Source: Saprolegnia diclina VS20
Lineage: Eukaryota
Direction: 5' to 3'
Assembly: GCF_000281045.1 (NCBI RefSeq)
Contig: NW_008246069.1
Location: 812,634-832,633, forward strand
Length of the DNA stretch: 20,000 bases
Below the pieces are notes generated by a model that did no database searches, was not told the DNA's origin, and worked only from the letters and a program-made list of their open reading frames with translations. Positions 1 to 9,501 of the stretch are shown here, in pieces. Every line of letters begins with the position of its first letter. The first letter of the stretch is position 1. Position numbers and translations under genes: made by a program.

Positions 1-146
1 TGTAGTCGGTTGGAAATTTCTACGTTTTTTAAATAGAGACTAGAAGCAAATACGTACCCTACGAATCTGAGTGTTTTCGTGTCTACTCGACGAGCCAAGC
101 GCCCTAGGTAGAGACGTGAGGCACGAAAAGAGCCGCGCGGGTCCAA

Positions 147-1385
147 CTACACGACACTCGGCACTTCGAGCGTCTTGAGGGCGATGCGCTGCCGAAGCTC
201 GCGGATCCGCTCCTCGAGGCGACCAATGTTGGCTTCCGCTAGCTCCACCTCGTCGCCCGTGGACGGCGGCGAGGCCACGGGCGGCGGTGATGACTCTGGC
301 GACGGCGCGGCCGACTTTCGTCCTTGGCGCAAGGCCTCTTCGCGCGCCGCAATCTTCTGTTTGAGCCTTGCGATCGGGTCGTCCGGCTCAATGCAGTCGC
401 CCACGAGCTGCCGCGCACGCTCGCACTCGTCCATCGAGAGGTTGATGACAATCGTCTGCGAGAGCGCCGTGAGTGGCTTCTTCCGCGGGACCTGCAGCTG
501 CGGGTTTGTCCAGAGGTACTTGGACGGCTTGGTCAGCGACGACGGGCCCAAAGCCATCTTTGCGACCGGCTCTTCGACCTTTATCGGCGGTGGCCGCTTC
601 CCGACCGAGCTCAGCGCCGCTTTTCGGAGACTCTCGAGGTCAAAAACGGGCTCGGGCGACGGAGGCAATGGTGGTGCCATCGCCTGGACGGGAGACCCCG
701 TGTTTACTTGGGCAACGTCCGCAGGGTACGGCGGTGGATGCATGAACCGAGTCGGCAGCATGGACGCATCGTGGTACATACCCGGAAGACTCTCGACCAT
801 GCCGTGGCGATGCACGCGAAGAAAGCCGTCTGCAGGCGCTTCCATGAAGACCTGTCGCTTGACAAACGTATGCGGCGACGCATCTGCCGAGAGCTTTCGC
901 TTTTTCTTCTTCTTGGGCTTCTTGCGCTGGGCCATCGCTTGTTGCATCTTGCGGAGCGCGTCCGCCTTGCGTTGCGCAACGAGCACTTCGCGGAGGCTCT
1001 CTGCGTGCAGCTGCTTTTCCTTCAGATCATCGTCTTCGCCTGCAATGTCATCGCCGGAAATTTCGCCTTCCTCGCGGCGACCGCCATCTTCGGCGTCATC
1101 GTCTTCCATGCTCGAGGGTTGAGACGCCACGTATGCGTCGTCGTCATCGTATGCCTCTGGTGGGCGCGGCAGCGCTTCGTCTTCCTCCGACTCCTCCGAC
1201 TCGAGATCGACGATCGCCGACTCGAGCGCCCGCGAGAGGAGCTTGGACGCATCGCCGTACTCGGCGACGGGCAGCGGCTCGTCCACGTCGTCGTCGAGTC
1301 CACGGGCTTGGGCTAGGTCATCCTCGTTGTCGCTGCTGCTGCTGCTCGAGACGAGGTCGATCACGTGGTCCGATGCCATGGCCAT
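147..1385 (-). CDS. Hypothetical low-complexity, probably nuclear protein (~412 aa, single exon)
   Basis: The long ORF's first true ATG is at 1385 (MAMASDHVIDL...). It has acidic and Ser-rich tracts, a basic NLS-like KKPKKKKKRK, Pro-rich segments and coiled-coil-like C-terminal helices. CCAAT-like elements lie upstream at ~1541-1572. Confidence 0.75.
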   Translation of the reverse strand: MAMASDHVIDLVSSSSSSDNEDDLAQARGLDDDVDEPLPVAEYGDASKLLSRALESAIVDLESEESEEDEALPRPPEAYDDDDAYVASQPSSMEDDDAEDGGRREEGEISGDDIAGEDDDLKEKQLHAESLREVLVAQRKADALRKMQQAMAQRKKPKKKKKRKLSADASPHTFVKRQVFMEAPADGFLRVHRHGMVESLPGMYHDASMLPTRFMHPPPYPADVAQVNTGSPVQAMAPPLPPSPEPVFDLESLRKAALSSVGKRPPPIKVEEPVAKMALGPSSLTKPSKYLWTNPQLQVPRKKPLTALSQTIVINLSMDECERARQLVGDCIEPDDPIARLKQKIAAREEALRQGRKSAAPSPESSPPPVASPPSTGDEVELAEANIGRLEERIRELRQRIALKTLEVPSVV

Positions 1386-1727
1386 GGAGCGATCGCGACT
1401 GCGGGCGGTGGATGGCGGCAGCTCAACTTTCGAATTTAGAAGCCGTGCTGAATCGAGTGGGTCTGCACTGCGAACATTTAAATACAACTTGGCATTTGTA
1501 TGCCATAAAAATAAGAAGCGCTGTTAGCCGGGGCATTTGGGATTGGTCGATATTCTGAAAATTCCACCAATCGGCGAACCAACCTTGGATCCGGGCGAAA
1601 ACGCGCGCCGCGGTTGGCGCTTCGAAATTTCCAATCTTCTCTTTTTCCGCGCAACGAAATGTATTGAGTTGCGTACTATGAGACAAGTTGACCAACAATA
1701 ACGAAGAAGGCCGTGTCTACTAGCTCC

Positions 1728-2943
1728 TTAAATCTCTTCCTTCCATGTCGACCAGCACAGCTCGCACTTGTCTTTGCCGCGCGCCACGTTGACATAGATG
1801 CTCCCCGCATGCGGCTTGACGCGGTCTTCTTGCACAATCGCGAGCAGCATGGGCTCGATGCCTTTGCCAGCCCACTCCATCACGATCAAGTCGTGCACTG
1901 ATGCATTCTAGTCAAAAGTCCCTTCGTCGTCTGCCTTCGAGTCCTAGTACATCGGTACCTTTTTGTGCGCAGCCTCCTTCTCAAAGAGCTGCGCTGCCTG
2001 CTTGGCACTGACGCGGAACTGCCGCGTTTGAATGAGCTTGAGGCACGGATTGCGAAGGGCGAGGTGCGCAATGTCCAGCGCCAGCAAGCTATTGCCCTAC
2101 CCACAGTTCTTACGTCGTGGCTTCCGACATTTACTGGTAGAAACATACCGTTGAAATACACACAAAGCCCACATCGCCGTCCGACGACCGGTGGTGCAAG
2201 CCGTGCGCGATTGGCAACGTACTCTGCGCCAAGTCTTCGGAGTAACCGACCTCTTGAAGCACGTCTGCGGGCAAGCGTTGATGGACCGCTACAGCTTCGT
2301 TAGTGCACGAATGCTGGAAGTACGCTACCCGACGGCCAGAGCTCGATCGAAGAGGCGACGAATTTCCAGTTGCCAGAGGCCGGCGTAAAGTCAAAGACCT
2401 AAGAACGTAGAGTCGAAACTTTGGACGATGGTGCAAGGTAACCTCGCTCCACTTGTTGTTCCAGATCGAGAACGAGGCTTTCGCGAGCTGGTCTGGCAGC
2501 GCAAAGTACGACGACCGGTAGCACCCAATGCGCAGATTCGATGACGTTTCGATGATCGGCGCTGTCGCGCTCATGAGCTCAATGTCCATGTCGCGGCAGT
2601 CGCGGGTCCGAAACTGCTGCACGACGCACACAAGTGTTGTGCGCGTACAGTCGCGTACAAAGAGGCTCGCCGTGCAGGGCCCAACGAAAATCGCGCAGTC
2701 CGTGCACTGGTCGATCGTCACCGAGGTGCAGTGGTCGAGGAGGAAGATGGAGCACTGGGTGCAATCTTCAAGCACAAACTGCTGGCCATTCACACTGCCA
2801 GGCTTGCGCACGACTACGGCGTCACGGAGTCCCTTGCACATGTAGTCGGCAGGGTTCAACGTCGGGTCCCGCCCGAACGAGCCGTCGAAAGGCTTCTTGG
2901 TCTTAGCAAGCTTCTTCACGGGCTTGGTTTTCGCATTCCCCAT
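1728..2943 (-). CDS. RP2: XRP2/RP2-like protein (TBCC/C-CAP beta-helix plus C-terminal domain; putative ARL3 GAP), ~342 aa, 5 exons
   Basis: Hand-spliced exons 2943-2443, 2398-2329, 2288-2149, 2096-1959 and 1907-1728, with GT-AG introns of 44, 40, 52 and 51 nt, give an open frame. Motifs: N-terminal MGNAKT (myristoylation-type), GSVNGQQFVLEDC, VTIDQCTDCAIFVGP, QQFRTRDC (the RP2 Gln/Arg-finger motif), PIIETS and NNKWSEVFDFT. Confidence 0.88.
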
Positions 2944-3222
2944 TGTCGAATGCCGGCGGTTATTCAGTCGCAACGGATATCGTGAGAGATGCTATACCAA
3001 GCATGCTTGCACCTCGCTTCGGGAGGGTAGTTTTTATAAATCAATTTATACTATACCAGTGGACTAGGCTACGTGGTCTAAATGACTTATTGTCATTGCA
3101 CTGCATGTTGAATGGGTTGAGGCAAGGCTCTTGACGGTGATTGGTCCGCTCTAAGATTCGCTCGAATGTCCAACCAATCAAAGAGCATTTGTGAAGATCC
3201 GACGCCGAAAGGACACGGAGCG
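2944..3222. promoter_or_regulatory. Short bidirectional promoter region between the RP2-like and aspartic protease genes
   Basis: 279 bp between divergent ATGs, with an AT-rich core (3031-3056) and oppositely oriented CCAAT boxes (TGATTGG ~3138, CCAATCA ~3174). Confidence 0.5.
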
Positions 3223-4797
3223 ATGTTGCAGCACGCGGTCACGGTCGTCGGGCTGCTGCTCGCGACGCCCGTCCTAGCGTTCCACTGCGCACTCGTGGCC
3301 AAGACAGAAGGCTACCAGTCGCAGTACTCGGTCAACGTCTCGATTGGCACGCCATCTCAGACGTTCGATCTCATCATCGACACGGGGTCGTCCGACCTCT
3401 GGGTGCAAGGTGCGCTTCGTCGCTACAGCTCGCTTTGCGAATCGTCGCCTAGGTACCGACTGCACGCAGTGCTATGTCGGCCCCAAGTTCAACTCGTCGC
3501 AGTCGTCGACGTTTGTGCCGGGCTGCGCTCGCGGCAGTTGCGACAACACGCTCGCGTATGGCTCAGGCGTCTCGACTGCGCGCGTCGGCCAAGACCGCAT
3601 TGGTACGCACAACGATCGACAGGAGCGTAATCATGTGGTTATGTAGCGCTCAATGGAGTGCCGCTCGTGGACCTCGTGCAGTTTGGCGTCGTGTACAGCG
3701 AGGACGCGAGCATCACCAACGTCCTACAAAACAGCGGCATCCTTGGCCTCGGGTGACCCACACGCTCAACGTTGCTGCGTTTCTCATGCTACGTTTCTCT
3801 GCAGCTTTAGCGCCATGTCGTTCTTTACACACCCGAGCCCCGTCGAGTACATCTCGGACTTTGCCTTGTACCTCGATGGCACGAACAAGAGCGTGCTCTC
3901 CGTGAACCAAGTGCTCGACAAATACGCGGGGCCGCATGTCGCGTGGTCGACCATTCCAGTCGAAGAGGTAGCGGACTTTTCTGCAGATTCATGAAAGTGG
4001 ATATCGAGTAGCTGGAGGGTCTCTACACGTACTGGACCGTGGGCCTGCCTGAAGCGACGTTTGGATCCACGCAGCTCTGCGGCAGCACCAAAAATCGATG
4101 CCAAGCAGGTAGTCTTCCCTCTTGAAGGGATCAGCTTACCAGTATATGCTGGTAGTGCTGGACAGTGGCACGGGCTTTATCGCGATCCCGCCGCAGCTTT
4201 GGATCGCGGTGCTGGGGGAGCTTCAGCAAGCTGGCTGCATCATGCTCAACCGCGGCGGCCCCTTTGAGTGCATGTCGATGGCGTCCTTGCCGACGTTCCA
4301 GCTTGTCTTGGGTACGCAGGATACTAGCAGCAGCATTGCACGGTCGGCTTCTAGGCACGCTGCAAGGCTACAAGGTGACGATCGAGCCGAGCATGTACGC
4401 GTTTCCAGTCGAAGGCGCCAGCACGGTGCTCGTCGGGCTCATTGAGAGTCCGCTGAACCTGTGGATTCTCGGCAGTCTCTTCCTCCAGTACTACTACACG
4501 CGCTTCGACATTGCAAAGAAGCAAGTGCAAATGATCTCGCTTGTTGAAGCGCCAAAGGAGCTGGTGCCCGTGCCGATCGCGGCCGCGGACCAGCCTTCGT
4601 ACTTTGATCAAATCTACGGTAATTTGCAACTGTCGGATCCAGTGCCTTCACGTATTGAGGTAGACGAGACGTACATGGAGCACCTCATGGTGCTCTTCAT
4701 TGTGGGGGCGAGCGCCTTTATGATCTACACCCTCCTCTTCCGACAGCCGCAGCGGTCCAAGTACGAGCACGGCTACGTCCCTGACGGTACGCCATAG
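3223..4797 (+). CDS. Pepsin-family (A1) aspartic protease with signal peptide and C-terminal TM anchor, ~433 aa, 7 exons
   Basis: Exons 3223-3409, 3453-3602, 3647-3752, 3805-3967, 4012-4108, 4156-4311 and 4355-4797 (introns 43-52 nt, GT-AG) splice in frame. Motifs: IGTPSQTFDLIIDTGSSDLWV, flap YGSG, GILGLG, second catalytic VLDSGTG and WILGSLFLQYYYTRFD. The N-terminus is hydrophobic and the C-terminal TM is LMVLFIVGASAFMIYTLLF. Confidence 0.92.
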
Positions 4798-5081
4798 CAT
4801 GGAAGTCATCAATGAACGTATCGTGCTATCTAGATGTGCTCCTCGCCAAGCTCCTCTCCGACCAGCCGCCGCGCCGACGCTAAGTAGCACAAGATAGCAT
4901 CAATGTACCATACGTCAATGTGATAAACCGCACCCCCGCCCACTGATTTGTGCGATGATTGGAGCTGGCAGGTCGATGGCAAGCCAACCACTGCAGTGAA
5001 AGGTCGTGCGCCGAGTGGTTCACCTGCTTCTAGTACGCTGCGTTGGCTCGCACCGTCGAGGAATAATAAACAGGCATCTCG

Positions 5082-5813
5082 TTATACGAAGTAGTTGACA
5101 CGATTCTCAGTCGTGGCAACCGGGGCCGGCGCGGGCTCATCTTGGCGCTGGAGCTTCATGAGGTCGGCCAGATTCGAGCCGCGAACGCTGCCAAACTTGC
5201 CTCTCGGCGCAATGTTATCCGTGTCGTCGTCGTCGACGCGTGGCGAGGCGCGCGGCTTCTTGTGTCGGGGCCGCGGTGCATCGCCCTCGGCAGGTGACGG
5301 TGCGCGGCCGTAGTGGCCCCGGGGCACGAGGTTCTCGATACTGTCAGGGTGCGCGGGCAGCGTTTTCAGCACGAGGCTCATTCCGACTGCAATGACGCTC
5401 AAGGCGCAATTGAAGAAGGCAAAGACGATCATGGCTTGCACACTTGTGCACGTACAGTACATGCCGAGGCCGCAGTTCATCTTGGGTGCAAGAAGGATAC
5501 CAACGATCAAGTAGACGCCAGCGAGAACGCCGTCCATGAGTCGCTCCAAGAGCACGTCCGGCGACAGGCGGCCCGAGAGCGTGACGCAGATCAAGTACAA
5601 GACGCCGTACCCGAACGACGTGTACGCGGCCATCGCGAGGAAAAAGTGCCGCAGCTGCGCCGGGCGGTACGTGTCGTCGTCCGCGACGCCACTCAGCGTG
5701 ATAGCCTTGTAGGCCGTAAAGAGGCTCAGCAAGGTCGCAAAGCCGCAGATCGCCTGGATCGCACGCAGCGCGGTCCAGAGCTGCCCTTCCTGCTGCGCGC
5801 GATGGCGAGACAT
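5082..5813 (-). CDS. 4-TM MARVEL/CASP-like membrane protein (~243 aa)
   Basis: Likely ATG at 5813 (MSRHRAQQ...). Four hydrophobic helices include LRAIQAICG in TM1 and an E..MDGVLA..Y pattern in TM3, with a Cys-rich loop before TM4 and a hydrophilic tail. An Inr/FPR-like element lies immediately upstream. Confidence 0.7.
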   Translation of the reverse strand: MSRHRAQQEGQLWTALRAIQAICGFATLLSLFTAYKAITLSGVADDDTYRPAQLRHFFLAMAAYTSFGYGVLYLICVTLSGRLSPDVLLERLMDGVLAGVYLIVGILLAPKMNCGLGMYCTCTSVQAMIVFAFFNCALSVIAVGMSLVLKTLPAHPDSIENLVPRGHYGRAPSPAEGDAPRPRHKKPRASPRVDDDDTDNIAPRGKFGSVRGSNLADLMKLQRQDEPAPAPVATTENRVNYFV

Positions 5814-5815
5814 GC

Positions 5816-5831
5816 TCAAATCGGAAACTGA
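5816..5831 (-). promoter_or_regulatory. Inr+FPR-like core promoter of the MARVEL-like gene
   Basis: The minus strand reads TCAGTTT CC GATTTGA just before the ATG, an imperfect match to the oomycete YCAYTYY-NN-MWTTTNC consensus. Confidence 0.35.
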
Positions 5832-6136
5832 GTGATGGCGAGCTGCACGCAACCGGATACGACCGCACGCAATCCGGATAAACATGCGACATGGTGACAA
5901 CCGATGGGATCGGACGTGAAAAAAGTGTTGCGATCCAACCGAGCTAGAGACGGCGGCGGCGTTGGCACTCGGCGCCGACGGCACCGCCGAGAGCAGAAGA
6001 CGTCGACGGCGGAAGCGGGCTTGCGTCCGTTGCTTGCATCCAGCGCGAATAATGATCGGCGACGAACTCGAAGGTGAGAGGCGACGCTGGCGACACAGGT
6101 CTCCGCACATCATTCAACCCACGCACGTCCGGACAA

Positions 6137-6502
6137 ATGTGGTGCAATCGGGTCGAGGAAGCCATGGACGAGCAATGTCTACAGTCGCAACCGTGGAAAC
6201 GCCCGAGAAGAGCCGTCTCGCGCTGCCGGCGTCGATGCAAGAATGCTGGACCATCGCAGATAAAACGAACGAGAAAGTGGACGAGATGGTGGGCGACAGA
6301 AACAACCATCGAGCGCTTACTGACCACACGTGTAGAGCTTCGTGAATACCACGTGGCTCGCATCAACCATCCTCGAAAGAGAATGAGAGCAGCGAGGCGA
6401 GTGAGCTGGGCGAGTGACGTGCATGTGGTAGGAGTTGGATATCAGGCAAGCTTGCAGCCGGCAAGCTTGCCATGGCGTCTGATATATGGGTCCAACCCCT
6501 GA
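6137..6502 (+). CDS. Possible small basic hypothetical protein (121 aa) with an RVxW motif
   Basis: ATG-initiated ORF divergent from the MARVEL-like gene. An Inr-like TCATTCA lies at ~6110 and the protein contains RRVSWASDV. No recognisable domain. Confidence 0.3.
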   Translation: MWCNRVEEAMDEQCLQSQPWKRPRRAVSRCRRRCKNAGPSQIKRTRKWTRWWATETTIERLLTTRVELREYHVARINHPRKRMRAARRVSWASDVHVVGVGYQASLQPASLPWRLIYGSNP

Positions 6503-6762
6503 CCCTGCTGGCTCCGGATGACAAAGTACAAGAAAATGATCGGAGGATCTCGGGTTCGATGATGCTGGTGTGGGTTCGAACCCTGCGAACCAAGGTGGCT
6601 TTTTGCACGGAAAGAAATGCATTGCAACTGTGGCTTCCATACTTTCAAGGTATCAATCCACCTGCTTCGTGACGTGGCGGGGCGAGAGGAGAGGAGTCTT
6701 CTTGTCGGACATCGGCGGTCTACAGAGACAGCGTCAATCACAACTGTGATTGAAACGCAAAA

Positions 6763-8568
6763 TTACACGTCGCTGAACGCAAGTGGCAAGGCCTCGTCGC
6801 CGTGGTGCGCCGCTTCGTCGTGGAGCATTTGGACTAAGCGTTCGTACTTGACCTTTGTGCCTTTGGTTTCAAACTGGAGGCGCACAAAGCTCGTGAACTT
6901 GAGCTTCGAGAACTTGTAGCCAAAGCGTTTGATGTTCTTGCGCAAAACAGCGCCTTCCATGTACCCTGTCTCGTTCGGGTCGTCGAGCTTGAGGCCCGCG
7001 ATAAAGACGTCGATTGTCACATCGCGCGCGGCCAGGTGCGCGAGCACCGCACGCGCCATCTTGCGCTGCAGCTGAAGCACGTCGGCGTAGTGCTCGATGA
7101 CGATTTTGAGCTCGGCAGGGTTGACGCGCACGGTCGCGTTGATGAACGCCAGCTGCCGCGCAATGCGAGGCGCGAGCAGCACCATGTGCGCAACGATGAG
7201 GTACGCGAGGAGGCCGCCGAGGATGTAGTGGGAGGCACCCACGTCCCGCGGAATGAGCACGATGAGCGCTTGGGCGAGGAAGCCAAAGTAGAGCGCGTTG
7301 AGTGTCAGGAGGACCTTGACACCGACATGCGTCGCCTTCCGCGAGAACCACGGAAGGTCCATCGCATGCTCGTCCATGAGCTGCGATGCTTGACGGTGCG
7401 ACGCCGTCTTGTACTTGCAGCCCGTGACCTTGCGGAAGATGGTCAAAACCAGGTCCCCGATGCTCGACCGGTCGTGGCGGTCGCTGAGGCCTTCGGCGAC
7501 GTGGTGCATCTTGAGAAGTGCGTGCGACGACGTCTCCTGGATACGCGACGACGCTTCCTACCGTAGGATATGTAGCAGTTGCGGGACCAAAAGTCTACGT
7601 GTACCTCGTCACCAACGCGCTTGAGCGACGCCGCGAGCGTGGCTTCGTCGCCGCCCGCGTGCAGCACCATGCGGTAGACGACGTTCTTGAGGTACGCGTA
7701 CATGACGAGCATAAAGACTGGGCTTGCATAAGACAAAATAACAAATAGCACAAAATTACCCGTGAGCGCGGCGATCGCGACCGCAATGACAATGAGGCGG
7801 ATGTCGTGGACCTTCTTGCGCGTCTCGGGAAGGTTGAGATCGTCGTGGTAGCTCACAAAGACGTCCGAGAGGAAGAAGAGGCCGCTGTAGACGAGGAGGA
7901 GCAGGATCCACGTCGACACTTCAACGTCAAAGAGCTCAATGATCTCCGTGTCCTGGACCGCGCGCAAATACTTTGGGTAGCTAAAGAGCTGCGGCAACTT
8001 GTGCTTTGTGAGGAAGAAGTGGCGCACGATGCAGAGCTTGGACGCCGAGACGTACGGCTTGGGAATCGTGGCCAAAGCGCCATTGTTCGTCGCCTCTGCG
8101 TACAGCTCCTCGGACGTGTAGAGCGCCAGTGTATCGAGCGCGACGTTGCGCGCCTGAAGCCGCCAAAACATGAGCGCCGACTGCAGCGCGAGGGCGATCG
8201 CAAAGAAGAAGACCATGTCGTCGGCGACCTCCCACGCCTGGTAGGCGGGCGAGTCTTGCTCGACCGCGCCAAACTGCGAGAGGCGGTTGGAGCTAAACTG
8301 GATGAGACCACCGACCATGAGCTCTAGTGTGGGCGTGAGCCATGCAGTGTGGGCGGGACTCGGTACCTTTGTACATCTTGTTGAGCAGGACAAAGTACTT
8401 GGCGTGGCTCGCCGTGCGCCCCTCAAGGAGCTTGAGCCCGTAGCGGAAGACGACGACGAAGAGCACGGTCGCCATGAAGGCGTAGATCGTGCCACGCACA
8501 GAGTACTCGAGGCCCGCGTGGAAGAGCACGTCCGACGGGAACGCTTCCGAGACCGGCGGCGCCACCAT
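6763..8568 (-). CDS. MLO-like 7-TM protein with C-terminal degenerate EF-hand pair, paralog A (~557 aa, 4 exons)
   Basis: Exons 8568-8367, 8323-7760, 7717-7605 and 7557-6763 (introns 43, 42 and 47 nt). MLO-like motifs: KMYKELMVGG, FSYPKYLRAVQDTEIIELFDVEVSTW, LPWFSRK and LLTLNAL. EF-like loop DPNETGYMEGAV. Colinear with the paralog at 9502-11308. Confidence 0.8.
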
Positions 8569-9482
8569 GTCGCTTGGATTGTTGTGCCAGGTGGAGGGTA
8601 CCCAGTACGAAACCTCTGAAACTTTATATATCGCCGCACACGATCGGCACCGTTCGAATCCGAATGCGATACACAAGCTGTAAAGTGCAGTCGTGATATG
8701 CTCGCATCCATACCGAGCGTATGTACGGGGTCGACTCGAGTACTTTGAGCTTGTTTGGACCCTTGGACAAGGCTCTGGACGGCGTGCCGTGATAACGTGC
8801 TGCACGCTCTCTTGTGTGGGAAATGCGGGAAATGTGGTATTTGGGCGTTACGTCGTCATGTCGAAAGAATGGTTTGGCGCGTGGAAAATCAACACTTCGA
8901 TCAAGCAGAGGACGTTTTTGCACAATTCGCACACTCGAAGGATAGAAGCAACGAGGGTTAGATTCAATAGTAGAGCCTCATCAAGCAGTTTCACAGCCCG
9001 CATAAGATACTCTACAAAGGGACATTCAACGAACTAGGCGGTAACAATCAGCTACGTGGATGCACCGTGAATCGGGACGTCCAGCTGCAAACACCGCACG
9101 CAGTCCTACAGAATCGAATTCGAATCGCCTCTGCTGCGGTAAGAGAGTTGCGTCGTCGCGTCGCCCCTGTTCGAACTTGGCACGCCGGTTGTGTGAGAGG
9201 CGGTGTGTAATCGTCGCATCCATTATTGTTTGGTTGTCTTTGATCGGAACGACAACGACGTCGAGAGATGGCTTCCAGATCATGCTTCCAGATGCAAAGA
9301 CCTATTTCCAGGCTGCTTGACACAACAAATGAACCCTTTGTTTAAGTCTAAACTGGCGTAGTCAACCATTGGCTGCGCTGCGGGTTTTGTTTGCCCAGAC
9401 GTCGTTCCGAGTTTCGAGATATCACAATCCCCCAACACGTGGAAAACGTTTTTCACGAACGATGGCTATGCATTTATAGAGG

Positions 9483-9498
9483 TCATTCGCCAATCGGC
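9483..9498 (+). promoter_or_regulatory. Inr-like element upstream of MLO-like paralog B
   Basis: TCATTCG CC AATCGGC begins 19 nt before the ATG at 9502. The Inr half is a near match and the FPR half is weak. Confidence 0.35.
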
Positions 9499-9501
9499 AG
9501 C

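Noticed and set aside
175..1316. Long plus-strand ORFs (315 and 330 aa)
   Set aside because: Antisense shadows of the GC-rich minus-strand gene, with no motifs.
5814..6113. 100-aa N-terminal extension of the MARVEL-like ORF
   Set aside because: It looks non-coding in composition, and an Inr/FPR-like element sits just before ATG 5813.
6445..6471. GGCAAGCTTGC direct repeat containing a 12-bp palindrome
   Set aside because: Too short to interpret; compatible with local slippage or chance.
6568..6592. tRNA T-arm/B-box-like GTGGGTTCGAACCCTGC
   Set aside because: No acceptor-stem partner, D-arm or anticodon arm can be built upstream, so it is not called as a tRNA or SINE. tRNAscan-SE would settle it.
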